From assembly GCF_009834535.1 (NCBI RefSeq), contig NC_045697.1, forward strand, positions 31,684,001-31,748,000: a DNA stretch of 64,000 nucleotides, read 5' to 3'. Below are positions 49,560-62,967 of this stretch, one piece after another. The position numbers and the translations under genes were made by a program. How positions within the stretch are numbered: position 1 is the stretch's first letter; every line of letters starts with the position of its first letter. Below the pieces are notes generated by a model. That model did no database searches. It had not been told where the DNA came from and saw nothing but the letters and a program-made list of their open reading frames with translations. The DNA is from Camelus ferus (Eukaryota).

Positions 49560-50154
49560 ACATATGTAAGAATAAGTCTCACTGGAAAGGTAAATATATA
49601 ACAAAAGTAGTGGACTGATCACTTAGAAGCTAGTATGCGGTTAAAAGGCAAAAGCAGTAAAATAATGATGATTACAATAGTTAAGGAACACACAAGATAA
49701 AAAGGTGCAAAATGTGGCACTTAAAACATAAAATGTTGGATGGGGGAGTAATAATATTGAGCTTTATAATGGAACCAAACTTAAGTTGTCATCAACTGAA
49801 AATGACTGTTATAAGTTGTTATAGGTAAGCCTACGGTAACCCAGATCAAAAGCCTGTGGTAAATTCACAAAAGAAAATATGAGCACATCATTAAAGAGTC
49901 ATCAAACCACAAAGGAAGAGAACAAGAGAGGAAGAAAGGAATGGAGAGAAGCTATAAAAACATTCAGAAAACAATTGACAAAATAGCAATAAGCTGCTAC
50001 ATACGGATAACCACTTCAAATGTAAATATGCTAAATTCTCCAATCGGAAGACATAGAGAACAGATTGATGGTTGCCAGAGGAGGGTAAGTGGGAGAAATG
50101 GGTGAACTGTGTTTTTTTTTTTTTCCAGTTTAAACAAATTGAATTTTTTTTAAA
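49560..50154 (+). mobile_element. ORF2-deleted L1 (HAL1-like): inter-ORF region and ORF2 start fused to 3'UTR
   Basis: ataaccacttcaaatgtaaatatgctaaattctccaatcggaagacataga (degenerate ITLNVNGLNSPIKRHR) runs straight into gaacagattgatggttgccagagg (3'UTR). Confidence 0.8.
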
Positions 50155-50469
50155 TACAGCAAATATTTATAATAACTATAAATTGTAGATAACTATATTA
50201 TAAACCTGTTGTAACCTCAACAATATTGTATACTTCAATAAAAACATAAAAGCAAACACAAAATTTTGTAGTAGTTGACAAAGTCAGAAATCAAAATATG
50301 TAATACTTATATTCATAACACTACTTTGAATTTTAAATGTTTTTCAATGAAAATATGCAAAACTTAGGACATCTAAGAAAATTTACATAGTCATCCAGTC
50401 CTCACCCAATGGCAACAGAATATAATTTGTAAACCTAATCATAAAAATACCTGGATTCAACTGATATTC

Positions 50470-50960
50470 CACATTCAATTAATGATGATTGAGCACTCAG
50501 TCGCTATTCTAGGTATTAGAAATAAAGCAGAGAACAAAGCAAACCAAATCCCTGACCTCAGATAGTTTATATTCCACTGGCATCATTTACTCTTTTAGGC
50601 CAATAGATTTCTCAATGAAATGTAAGGATAGTGGAAAGAAGAATAAAAAGAAAAAAGAGCAGGTAAAGTAAGGGAAGCACACAAAAGCATACAATATCTG
50701 TCTGTGTCAACACAATGATTCACTTTGCACTGTTTGGACATCTGAGTGGTTGGGGAACGCATAACAGGCATGCATGACTGGGGAGAAAATAACCAGAGTT
50801 TAGTGTTGGACTGGTAAGTATGAGATGTCAGGCAGACACGCCCAGGAGATGCAGAGTAGGCAGATGGATATGTGAGTCTAGAATTCATGAGAGGGAGTTC
50901 AGTAGTAGACAAAATGTGGAAGTCATTAGCCTATAGGTGATGCAACATACAGTAAGTCTG
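50470..50960 (-). mobile_element. LINE-2 fragments
   Basis: attgagcact...aaacaaagcaaaccaaatccctgacctca; agtttagtgttggac...tgagatgtc...cagatggatatgtgagtctagaattca...ggaagtcattagc. Confidence 0.8.
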
Positions 50961-52959
50961 AAATGGATCCCAATGATATTTAAAAGTTTAAACACCACTA
51001 ATTTTTCAATCCCCCTTTCCTCCTCTTTTCCTCTTACCCCACACTTTTTTTTCCTCCACCTTCTTCTTCTTCATCTTTATTTTTTTTTGTATGTGTCTAT
51101 CAGACGGGACAGAGTTAAACATACTCTTCTCTGTTTTTCTGTAGCTTACTTTATAGCAATTCAGTAAATAAGGTCTTCCTTAGTTCTTTCCCATAGTTCA
51201 GCTGTATCCTCTGTTTTTACCCACCTGTGTTAAAACTGAAGCAGACATACGTGTTAATAATTCCCCAGAGAATGTCCAATTTAAGGGTAAAGTAGGCCAG
51301 GCCACAAAGGCAGGTTCAGGTTTGACAATCTTGGAGAGAGATGACTTGGATTTGACTCATTACTTTTACTTTGTGAAAAGCAATTCAAAGTCTCTACAGT
51401 TAAGAATAAAAAGAGTGCACACAGTCCCTCAGTGCCTCTTAATGTTCATCAGGGAGACACACCAGTAATTGGATGGGCTCAGTATGTGGCACAGAAGGAG
51501 GAATTGGTCGGGTCAGTAAAAAACAGGAATTTTATGCCACTTTAAACTAGGGTGCTAGAGCATGTCAGCATTCAAAGGGTCGTGCTGTTTCCATAGAAGG
51601 AAATTCTTATCCTGCCAAAATTACACATTTCTTTACTCTTATTCTTACTAAAGCATGAAGTTTCTTTGTAATTTCAGTGCAAGATCCCTGGCCATGCCAT
51701 AGTGTGACAGAGAACAATTCACATTTTACTGACGATTTTCTAGAGGAAACCATAGAGGAGTATTAACATACACACATACAGTCTCATCTGATGTTTCTTT
51801 TCTGAAGAGCCCCTGCTGTCATTTCTCTTATAACTTCCCCTCCCAAGCTACTGGTAGTTTTTCTCATTTGTTATGCAGTGTAGTTGCAGCTGTGGCCCAC
51901 ACACATTATACCACTCAGCAAAGAGTCTTGTGGAGTGCTCTATCCGAAGAAAGGCTTCAGGGATTATAAATAACAGACAATATTTCCTATCATTCAGTCA
52001 TTCAGGCAAAACATTGAGAACCAATTGTGTGGATTCATGGAGAAGTCTCCTCTGGCCTTCAGGATCATGCCTGTCATGTTCTAAGAATCTTGTGCCTTAA
52101 AAACCTTCAAACAATCCAATTAGTGTATTGAAGCATTAACTGGAAAATTATTTAAAGATTGTGGAGGCTCAGTACCTACAACTTGTGAAAAAGTTAAGTC
52201 ATAATTAGAGTTTTGCTTTTACATCTGTGCTTAAAATAAGCATTACTCCTTTACTAATATTATGAACATTTTATGAACATAATTTATCTCCATTGCCCTT
52301 CACTTAATCTGTTTCTGTTGATATATGACACATTCTAAATTGCTAGAAGTAAGTTATTACAGTGAGCAATTTCTAATTATTTCCTCTGATTAAAGTTCAA
52401 ATATGTCAAGGAACCTGCTTTCACATGTTGCTGTTTGATGGGAGAAACTGCTTTATAACCTATCTCAGCCATTTAAAAAATATATGAATAGGAGCTTCCA
52501 TTAATGTCTGTGAAATGCTTTAATTTTTTTATTTCTTGTTTCCTTCTGATTTATAGGGGGATAAATTACCAAAGCCATCATATCTTAGAAATAATAAAGT
52601 ACTACTAGGATGAATAGAAGTATCATATGTTTTATTTAGTCTAAGGGTGAACCCAGTTAGGCATCTGTCAGAAAAGTTTATAATCAGATGCAAATCTACA
52701 TGTTGGGCTTTTTACTCATACTTCCAGTCAGGCCTTTCTGCAGAGAAAATTATTAATTCTCTAAGGCACTTGTTTTCCAACTATATTCTCCCATAATCAG
52801 GAGTTTGATGGAGAGCTTAATTTTAATCATACTGAAAATTTTAAAAATTAATTTAAAAGATTGAAAATCCATGAAAGTCTGATCAGAGCAGAAGACAACT
52901 AGGAAGGAAAAAAATAAAGTGGTTAATAAAATGTCTCCAAAATGTTGCAAAAAGAAACT

Positions 52960-53180
52960 TTGGGATTTGAAATTAGTTGAACTGAACTTAAACTTTTGAT
53001 TCTGCCTCTCTTTAACTGCGTAACCTTGGGGAAATTGCTTAGTTCATAAGAGACTGTTCCTTTAGAAATTGTTTGGAGAGAAAATCACTGGTTCCTAAGT
53101 GGTACTGTCAAGAACAAGTTAAATAATGTTTGTGATTATTCTTTGTAAATGTAAAAATGTTATAGAAATGATAGAAATTA
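52960..53180 (+). mobile_element. MIR SINE
   Basis: attctgcctc...aactgcgtaaccttggggaaattgcttag...gtactgtcaagaacaagttaaataatg. Confidence 0.65.
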
Positions 53181-53489
53181 TTTTTCAACTATAATAAAAT
53201 CATGTTAATTTTCATGTATTTAACTGCTCATTGGCAAGAAGATACTTGACAGAATGATAAACTGTCAAAGAGAAACCAAATGTCCAAAGTCCTTTGAGCA
53301 CAAATCTATATCATTATAAAAGTGATTCATTCAATGGAAAGTGAATAATAAAAAGTAACTTTCAAATAAATAGCTTCTGTCATAAACATAATGGGATTGT
53401 AACAAATATTTAATAATGCTTAAAATTCCATCAATTAATGCCAAATTAATTTAATTTAAAAACATTATTAGGTGCAAAAATATTGTAAT

Positions 53490-56400
53490 AAATACATAAA
53501 ACAATATTACCATACATAAAAGGAGAAATTATCAGTAACATGATAATAGTAGGGCACTACATCACCCCATTTGCATTAATGGACAGATCATCCAGACAGA
53601 AAATCAATAAGAAAAGACTGACCTCAAATAACACATCAGATCAAATATTCCATCCAAAAGTAGAAAGCAGAATATACATATTTTCAAGAGCTCAGGGAAC
53701 ATTCTCCAGGATAGATCACATACTAGGCTACAAAACAAGATGTCTCAGTTAGTTTAAGAAGAATGATATTATAGCTACCATATTTTGCAAACACAACACT
53801 ATGAAACTAGAAATAAACCAAAGGAAAAAACTGCAAAAGTTCACAAACACTTGGAGTCTAAACAATATGCTACTAAATTACAAATAGATCACTGAAACAT
53901 CAAAGAAGAAATTCAAAAATATCTATAGACAAATGAAAATTTTAAAAAAAGCAGTAAAAGCAGTTCTAAAAGGAAAGTTTATAGTGATACAAGCCTACAT
54001 GAAGAAAAAAGAAAATTTTCAAATAAACAACTTAACTTATTCTAAAGTAACTAAAATAAAGAAGAAACATAACCCAAGGTTAATAGAAGGAGAAAAATCA
54101 TAAAGATCACAGGAGGAATGAATAAAATAGAGGCTTGAAAAAAATAAAAGATCAATGAAACTATGAGCTGGTTCTTTGAAAACATAAACAAAATTGATAA
54201 AACTTTAGCCAGACTCATCACAGAAAAGAGAGATATCACAAATCAATAAAACCAGAAATGAAGAAAGAGAAGTTACAGTTGACATCAAAGAGATACAAAG
54301 AATCATAAGAGATTACTTTGAACAATTTTATGTTAATAAACCAGACAACCTAGAAAAAATGGAAAAATTCCCAGAAATGTACAATCTCCCAATACTGAAA
54401 CAGGAAGAAACAGACAATATGAATAAGACTAATTACCAGTAATGAGATACAATCAATAACATTAAAAAATTCCAACAAACAAAAGTCCAAGGCCAGATGG
54501 CTTCCCAGGTGAGTTCTACCAAACATTTAGGGAAGAGTTAACACCTATCCTTCTCAAATTATTCCAAAAATTGTAGAAATGCTTCCCAACTCATTTTATG
54601 AGGTCAGCATTATCTTGATACCAAAACAAAGGTAAAAAAAAAACTGCAAAAGAGAAAATTATAGGCCAATATCCCTGATGAACATAGTTGCAGAAATCCT
54701 TAACAAAATATGAACAAAGCAAATTCAACACAACATTAAAAGCATCTTATATCATGAAAAAAAGGGATTTATCCCAGGAATGCCAGTAAGTTTCAATATC
54801 CACAAATGAATCAATGTGATACATCATGTTAACAAATTGAAGAATAAAAATTATATGATCACTTCCATAGATGCATAAAACGCTTTAGACAAAATTCAGC
54901 ATCCATTTATGATCAAAACCCTCAACAAAGTGGGCACAGAGGGAACATACATCATTATATTGTGGTCCTATATGATAAACCCATAGCTAACATTATACTC
55001 AACAGTGAAAAGTAGAAAGCTTTTACACTAAGATTGGGAAAAGGACAAAGATGTCCACTCTCACTACTTTTATTCAACATACTATTGGCAGTCTTAGCCC
55101 CAGCAATCAGAGAAGAGAAATAAATTTAAAACATCTAAATTGGAAAGGAAGAAGTAAAACTGCAGATGCATCATACTACACTTAGAAAATCCTAAAGATA
55201 TCAACAAATAACTACTGGAGTTCATCAATGAATTCAATAAGGTTGCAGGATACAAAATTAAGGAACATAAATCTGTTGCACTTCTATACACTAACAATGA
55301 ACTCTCAGAAAGAAAAATTAAGAAAACAACCCCATTTACAATTGTATCAAAATGAATAAACTGCCTAGGAATTAATCTAACCAAGGAGGTCATGGGCCTT
55401 TACTCAGAAAACTGTAAGACACTGATGAAAGGAATTAAAGACAATACAAAGAGAGGAACAGATATACTATGTTCATCAAAGAATTAATATTGTTAAAATG
55501 ACCAAACTACCCAAGGCAAACTACAGATTCCATGCAATCTCTATCAAAATATCTCTGACATTCCTCACAGAACTAGAACAAATGATTCTAAAAGTTTGTA
55601 GGGAAACACAAAAGACCCCAAATAGCCAAAGTCATTTTGAGAAAGAAGAACAAAACTGGAGTGATCATACTCCCTGATTTCAAACTATACTACAAAGCTT
55701 CAATAATCAAAATGGAATGGTACTGGCACAAAAACAGACACAAAGATTAAGGGAAGAGAATAGAGGGCCTAGAAATGAATCCACACTTATATGAGCAATT
55801 AATCTATGACCCAGGAGGCAAGAATATGCAACAAAGAAAAGACATCCTTTTCAATAAATGATGTTGAGAAAACTGGACAGCTACATGCAAAAGGATCAAA
55901 TTAGACTGCCCGCTCACATGAAGCACAGCAATAAATTAAAAATGGATTAAAATGTTAAACATAAGACATGAAACCCTAAAACTTCCACAGAAAAGCATAG
56001 GCATTACACTTTTTGACATCAGTTTTCATAAAAATTCTTTGTCTATGTATCCTCAGGGAAAGGGAAACAAAAGAAAAAATAAACAAGTGGGATTACACCC
56101 AACTAAAAAGCTTTTGCACAGGGAAGAAAACTATCAACAAAACAAAAAGGTCACACACTAAATGGGAGAAGGTATTTGCAAATATATCCAATAAAGGGTT
56201 ACTATCCAAAATAGGCAAAGAAATCATACAACTCAACACCAAAAAACCAAACAACCTGATTTAAAAAATGGGCAGAGGATCTGAATAGACATTTTTCCAA
56301 GAAAGATATGCAGATGACCAACGGGCACATGAAAAGATATTCAGCATCACTAAATCAGCAAAGAAATGTAAATCAAAACCACAATGAGATATCCCCTCAT

Positions 56401-57607
56401 ACCTGTCAGATGGCTAATATCCAAAAGGCAACATATAACGAGTGTTAGCAAGGATGTGGAGAAAAGGGGACTGCTGTGTATTGTTGGTGGGAATGTAATT
56501 TTGTGCTGCCACTCTGTAGGACACAGTATGGAAATTTCTCTAAAATTAAAAATAGAATTACCATATAGTCCAGCAATTCTGCTCTCGGGTGTTTATCCAA
56601 AGAAAACACAAACATCAATTAGAAAAGATATATGCACCCCTGTTTTCACTGCAGTATTATTTACAGTAGTCAAGATATGGAGGCAACCTAAGTGTCCATC
56701 AAAAGATGAATGAATAAAGAAGATGTGGTATATATTATTCAATGGAATACTACTCAGCCATAAAAAGAATGAAATATTGCCATTTGTGACAGGACATGGA
56801 CCTAAAGTGTATAATGCTAAGTGAAATACATTAGGAAGAGAAAGACAAATACTGTATGATTCTACTTACATGTGGCATCTAAATGAACAAAAGAAATCAC
56901 CAAACATAACAAAGCAGAAACAGAGTTAGAGTTACACAGAACAAACAGCTTATTGTTAGAATGGAGAGGCATGAAGGGAGGAAAGAAATAGGTGAGGGAG
57001 ATTTAGAGGAACAAACTTCCAGTTGCAAAATGAATGAGTCATTGGTATAAAATGTAAAATGTGGAGAATATAGTCAATAAGTAAATCTTTGTATGGTGAC
57101 ATATCACAACTAGACTTAACGTGGTGATCAATTTGAAATGTATAAAAATGGTGAATCACTATGTTATATACCAGGAACTAGCATAATGTTATAGATCAGT
57201 TATACTTCAAACACCAACAAACTCATTTACAAAAAAGAGATCAGATTTGTTATTTCCTGAGGCAAGGACGGGGTTGGGGGGGAACTGTATGAAGCCAGTC
57301 AAAAGTTACAGACTTCCAGTTATAAGATAAACAAGTACTAGGTATGTAATGTACAATGTGATAAATGTGATTAACACTGCTGTACATTATATATGAAAGT
57401 CATTAAAAGAGTAAACCCTAAGAGTTCTCATCACAAGAAAAAAACTATTTCTATTTCTTTAATTTTGTATCTATACAAAATGATAGATGTTCACTAAGCT
57501 TATTGTGATAATCATTTCATATATGTAAATTAAATTATAATGCTGTACCGATTAAACTTACATAGTTCTATATGTCAATTATATCTCAATAAAACTGGAA
57601 GAAAAAT
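53490..57607 (+). mobile_element. ~4.1 kb 5'-truncated LINE-1 (Laurasiatherian L1MA9/L1_Carn-like), ORF2 disabled
   Basis: Continuous ORF2 homology from the EN domain (IIVG...MDRSSRQKI, GTFSRIDHILG) through RT ([22 protein letters not shown]) to the C-terminal stop at ~56882. There are many stops and frameshifts, and the FADD motif is damaged at ~55160. The bipartite 3'UTR ends ctcaataaaactggaagaaaaa. Confidence 0.97.
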
Positions 57608-57750
57608 AATTAATTGAGCACAGTCAAATGTACCAGGCTCTGAGGACTACAAACTTGAACTAAACACATCATTTTCATTTTGGTATTTCACACCATCTTC
57701 ATTTGGGTATTCGTATAGGTAACCAAATTCTAAATATTACAAGACAATGG

Positions 57751-57955
57751 ATCAACAGACACACACTATAGATAAACAACAAGGACCTACTATACAGTTC
57801 AGGGAACTATATTTGATTTTCTGTAATAAGCTATAATGGAAAAGAATCTGAAAATATGTGTATACATATGTGTGTATATGTATAACTGAATCACTTTGCT
57901 GTGCATCCAAAACTGACATTGTAAATCAACTACATTTCAATAAAAAAACTTTTTT
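57751..57955 (+). mobile_element. L1 3'UTR stub (L1_Art type)
   Basis: tagataaacaacaaggacctactatacag...gtataactgaatcactttgctgt...cattgtaaatcaactacatttcaataaaa. TSD aagacaatgg (57741) / aagataatgg (57956). Confidence 0.92.
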
Positions 57956-58469
57956 AAGATAATGGGCATAAAAGAAAGTAAAAACAATTCATTCATCTTA
58001 AACCACTGATAATAAATTCCATCTTTGTTTTACTTCACTCTATAACTTCAGTGAAGACAAACATAAGCCTATGTTCAGCATAAGAGGAAAGAGAAAATAA
58101 AATAATAAAGGACAATCATTTTGAAACGCTATTTTAACTAAAGCTATGTTTAGGAAACTGTTATCCTTATTAAAATTATTCTGATTTTCACTTCCTAGTA
58201 TCAGTGTATATTTCAATCAGAATCTATAATCTCAGACTAAAAATAATTCCTTCCTCAGAGATATAATCATACTTCAGTGCTGAATATTTGGTGCAGTGTC
58301 AACAACCAAAAGGAGACTGAAGTTCAGGTGATATGTCTGTAGGGGCTTAGGAGTGACAGTGACTCAAAGTAAGAAAGATTAATGATCCTTTTTTTCAAGA
58401 GGGGATTAAATTTTGTGTTGATGTCTGTATACTCAGGAGGAGGCTGGCTTAGAGAAACGGAAAAAAGGA

Positions 58470-59630
58470 ATTTTACTTATTTATTTAGTAAATAATGTTC
58501 AAGCATCTACTATTTGCCAGGCTGTGATCTAGACACAAAGACACAGTGGCAAATAAGAAAGGGTGTGTATTTATGGAACTTAAATTCTATTGAAGGACAG
58601 AGACAAGTAATCAAATCCACAGTAAAAAAATAAATATATAAAATTAAAAAACAATCCTCCTAAAAAGGAATTTCTCAGAGCTATGAAGACAAAGAGAGCA
58701 GAATAAGAGACAGAGTATGTATGTTTCCTATGCTATTTAGATGGGATAATCAGGCATAGATCCTTAGAGATGACACTACAGAATAACAGCAAATGTAGAC
58801 TCCAAAGCAGGATCAGTGCACAAGAAACAGTCAAATGTGTATGGGAGCCAGTGAACCAAGAGGATTTGGAGGAGACCAAGTCACTCAAATAGTCATGGTT
58901 CAGATCGCAGAGGATCTTTCAGGCCATGAGGAAGACTTTCAATTATTCTAAATGCTATAGAAATCATTGGAGAGATTTGAGTTTAATGTGCTCTGATAAA
59001 CATTTTAAAACTATGTGAAAAGTAGGCTTTAGGGAGAGAGTGTTGGGGAAGGTGGGCACAGGGAGAGGGAAGGAATGGAAGGAAGGAAACCACTTGGGAG
59101 ATGTTGCAGTGCCCTCAGCAGACAGGATAGCGACTTGAACAAAGTAGCAGTGATGGAGGCAGTGAGAAGTGATTAGATTCTAGATATATTTTGAAGTATC
59201 TTAGCAGGACTTGTTGAATGGATTGGACTTGAAAACAAAGGAAAACAAACATGACCCTACACTGTTGATCTAAGCTACTCGTGAAAAGCAATGGTGAAGA
59301 CCTAGGGGAAGGGAGTGATTTGGAGATATAGATCAGGAGTTCTGTTTTGAATATGTAAAAATTAATGTGCCACAATAAGTAGGCAATTAAATAGAGGAGC
59401 CTAGCACCAAGGGAGAATCTAGGTTGGCGATATTAATTTGATGATCAAAGATAAGGATGGTATTTATGGCCATGGACGTGGATAAAATTATCCAAAGTGT
59501 GAGTGTAGATGAAGAAAAGAAGAAGCACAAGGAGTAAGCTCTGAGAGATGCTGACAGCTAAGTGTCAGAAGAAGAGGAAGAGCCAATGGAGGAGACTAAG
59601 AAGGAGCAGTGTGCAGAGTAGGAGGAAACA
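58470..59630 (-). mobile_element. LINE-2 (L2a-like), ~1.15 kb
   Basis: gcatctactatttgccaggc...ggccatgaggaagacttt...gtgagaagtgattagattctagatatattttgaag...gatcaggagttctgttttgaatatg...ggagactaagaaggagcag. Confidence 0.9.
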
Positions 59631-60509
59631 CAGATCTGGCGGGAAGTACACTCATGAGCTTTGGGAAGTTGGCTCCCGGTATCATATCAAGAGTTGGATG
59701 TGGGCTATCAGTGTTGAAATGAAAGTGACTGCAGTCTGTATTTTAGCTAGAGATGAGATAAACACAGTCACATGAGGGACCAGTGGCCATAGCGCCTCAG
59801 TGGTTCCATTCCAAGCACAGACATACTTTTTCTCTGGTCTATGATGGAAACTTTGGTTTTGAATCTTTGAAGTGTCTCTATTTTTCAGAAGCTAATCAGG
59901 GTGAGCTAAGCCTGATTGCATGTGTCTTTCTGATAAACAATTCTATATAAAAATTATGTTTTGCCTTCTCTCGGCAGACAGTTGCAATCATTGTCAGAGG
60001 AAATCTAGACAAACAAAATGGGGCAGCCTTGCACAGACTGGTGTGAAAGAATTCCCACAATAGCTATTTGCTAAAGGCAATGTTTTATAGTTTTAATTAT
60101 AACGCTGCTGGAAAATCATGGATTGTATATACAAATTCATTTACCTCATTTGTTTTTCACCCTTAGGTACAATATTGTAAACAACTGCCTTTGAAATCTG
60201 AAGCAGAGATTTATTTCCCACCAGTGTTTATTTATTCCTAGTCAAATGGACTTCCTACAATTAACATGTCATTTTGTGTAACACTCTAGCAAGTTAGAAT
60301 TTTCATTTCATTAAATGGCACATTTTTATGGCTCCAAATGCTTCTTTGCCACCATTTATTGTGAAGGACCTACTCATAATTGTAAAGTATGAACTCCTGA
60401 TTACTGAGAAGATATTTTGGCTAAGTAAGTAATTCACTAATTAAAACCACCATAAAAAAAGAACAAAAATGAACAAAAAACAAGTATACAGGAAAGCTCT
60501 CACCATGTA

Positions 60510-60511
<2 letters not shown>

Positions 60512-60586
<75 letters not shown>
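60512..60586. repeat. Perfect (TTA)25 microsatellite
   Basis: Direct count: 75 bp uninterrupted. Confidence 0.97.
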
Positions 60587-60588
<2 letters not shown>

Positions 60589-61129
60589 ACATCTGGTCAT
60601 CTCTGAGAAGTATCAGTTCCCTTATTTTGAGTGGAGCAGAAGAAAGAAATAAAGCATTTCCTGATGGATATAATGAAATCTAACTCAAAAACTAGACTGA
60701 TGAATACATTTCTTTCCTTCTCTGATTTCCATGTCTCTAGAAGTTTTAAACAATCCTATCGGTACATATTAAATTCCTTATTGCCCAGATTTCAAGTGAT
60801 GGTATAATGAATGAAGGGATATGAATACATTAGATAAACATGGCTTTGGGGTACAGGGGTTCAGGGTCGCAGAAAGAAGGATGATTCTCCCAGCTAACTA
60901 CTTGAATGATACTTGCAGAGTTCATTCTGTTCTGCATCCTTTCTTTGTCTTGCATCTATCTATAAGGAAGTTACAGTTCAGTTAAAACCAAACGCTTCTG
61001 GGAGAGGCAATCTGACTGGTCACCACTCCAAGATGTGCCCATCTTCAAACTGAAATGCCTACACTTGGTTGGAGTCCATAATTCACTTTTAGGAGACAGA
61101 TAAAATTGTCTGGTGAGATTATTTTTAAC

Positions 61130-61762
61130 TGTTTAATCAGTTAATGTTTTAGACAGGAAATCAGATACACCAAAGCACTCTGCACTGATTTAGAAAGGGA
61201 TTTCATACAGGGAAATAAGTGCCCATAAAATCATTAAAAGGGCTGGAGGAATGCTATTTAGTCTGAGACTTCAGGAATAATTTCCAAACCCTGAGAACTT
61301 GCCAGATGTGGGAGCTCTTACCATTAAAACTAAAGCTTCACCACTCAAACCACTGAGATGAAGATGATACTGCTACCATGGTTGTATTCCAGACATGAGG
61401 AAGCCAACACCACCACAGACGTCTCCCAACATGCAAAACTGGTGCATGGATTCTGGAAAGTGGTAACAGCATCTATCACCAGGAGACTCGAGAAGAGAGA
61501 CTGGAACACTGCTCAGAAAAAATTCACAGCTCCATGACCTTACCTCCCAGGAGAAAACAGCTGAAAGGCCAGATGTCTTCATTCTCACTTGGGTTTTCCA
61601 GCTCTCCAGTGGATGGATCTTTCTGGTTGGAATCAATTAGCAACCAGAATGTTAGTACATTGAAAACTGTAATTTTTAGCTTTCCAGCATCTGCATTAGA
61701 CAGACATCCTAGAACGCTGATGGAATGAAGGAGGAGCTAAGCAGTCTGCCACACCTGCCACA
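61130..61762 (-). mobile_element. Ancient solo LTR (LTR78/LTR33-like)
   Basis: agggatttcatacagggaaat...ccagaatgttag...tgtaatttttagctttccagcatctgca...ctgccaca. Confidence 0.6.
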
Positions 61763-62599
61763 AATGCAATTTTAGAACAAATACTATTCATTTCAAATAA
61801 AGGTAATATAAGAAGAAGCTTTTAACTTTGGATTGTATGCACTCATAGGCTGAAAATGTTTGCCAAACCTTTCCAGAACCCCACTGTTTTCTAAAGTTTA
61901 CCAGAATTTATTCTGCAGCAGAGTTATGGAGTAAAGTAACATGACATCAGTGCGTTTCTTCCAAATCCTAAATCTTTGATACATTCTGTGTATGCTCACA
62001 CTGATCACTTATTTTCACACATACCATAAGGAGCATAAAGACAAGCCATTCAGTCATGTGTATTTAAACTTCAATAGTGGTGACAGCATAAACTATGAAA
62101 ATTGATTTTTAGTTTAAATTGGGTACTCCCAATGACAGCAATGAACCTGACTTTCCTACACAATAAGAAATTGCCACAGTCAGTCAATATTCCTTCATCT
62201 CATGTGACTTATTAAGCACATTTTTATCATTTTCTTTTTTGATCTATCAATGTGAAATAAATTTCCTTTCAAATAATATCATGAATTGACATTTAAATTA
62301 GATTTTTAAAATTCACTTAATTTCCTTATGTAATAATATCAAGGCCTGAGTTCCATTAATATTGTACCTAATATTGTTCTATGTGTGTAAATAAAAATTT
62401 TCATTTTCATTGAAATCATCAGTTAATTACCTGAGTTTAATTCTGAATAGGGCACTGTCAAAGATACCATAATGCTTAAATATGGGCAAATATCTTGGGG
62501 ATAAACAAGAAAGGCAAATACACTATTGCTCTAAGAGTTTTATAAATTGTTATTAGTGAGATTCAAAAACCATTTATGCATTTACCATTCATCTTTTTT

Positions 62600-62752
62600 T
62601 TTTTTAAGTATTAATCTATTGTTTTTTTGAGGGGGGAGGTAATTTGGTTTATTTATTTATTTACTTACTTATTTTGAATGGAGACACTGGGGTTTGAACC
62701 CAGGACCTCGTGCATGTTAAGCAAATGCTCTACCGCTGAGTTATACCCTCCC
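62600..62752 (-). mobile_element. tRNA-Ala-derived SINE (camelid vic-1 type)
   Basis: Minus strand reads gggagggtataactcagcggtagagcatttgcttaacatgcacgaggtcctgggttcaaacccc. TSD acca(t/c)tcatctttttt at 62584..62599 and 62753..62768. Confidence 0.95.
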
Positions 62753-62967
62753 ACCACTCATCTTTTTTCCTGCTAGAAAAATATGCAACTTCTCCACCTT
62801 CTTACTAAGACTATTGTGTCAAATTTTGACAGAATCTAGGAGGAATTTCTCTCTAAAAAGTCAATGGAACTGGCCTTAGATAATCATGTGCAATGCATAT
62901 TTGTGAGGGTTTCTGGTTGTTTTGTATTGTTTTATTTTTATTTTGCCTTTCCACCTATGACCTCCTC

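Noticed and set aside
53490..56882. Active L1 or domesticated reverse transcriptase
   Set aside because: It is 5'-truncated with no ORF1 or promoter, has many stops and frameshifts, and the catalytic FADD region is damaged.
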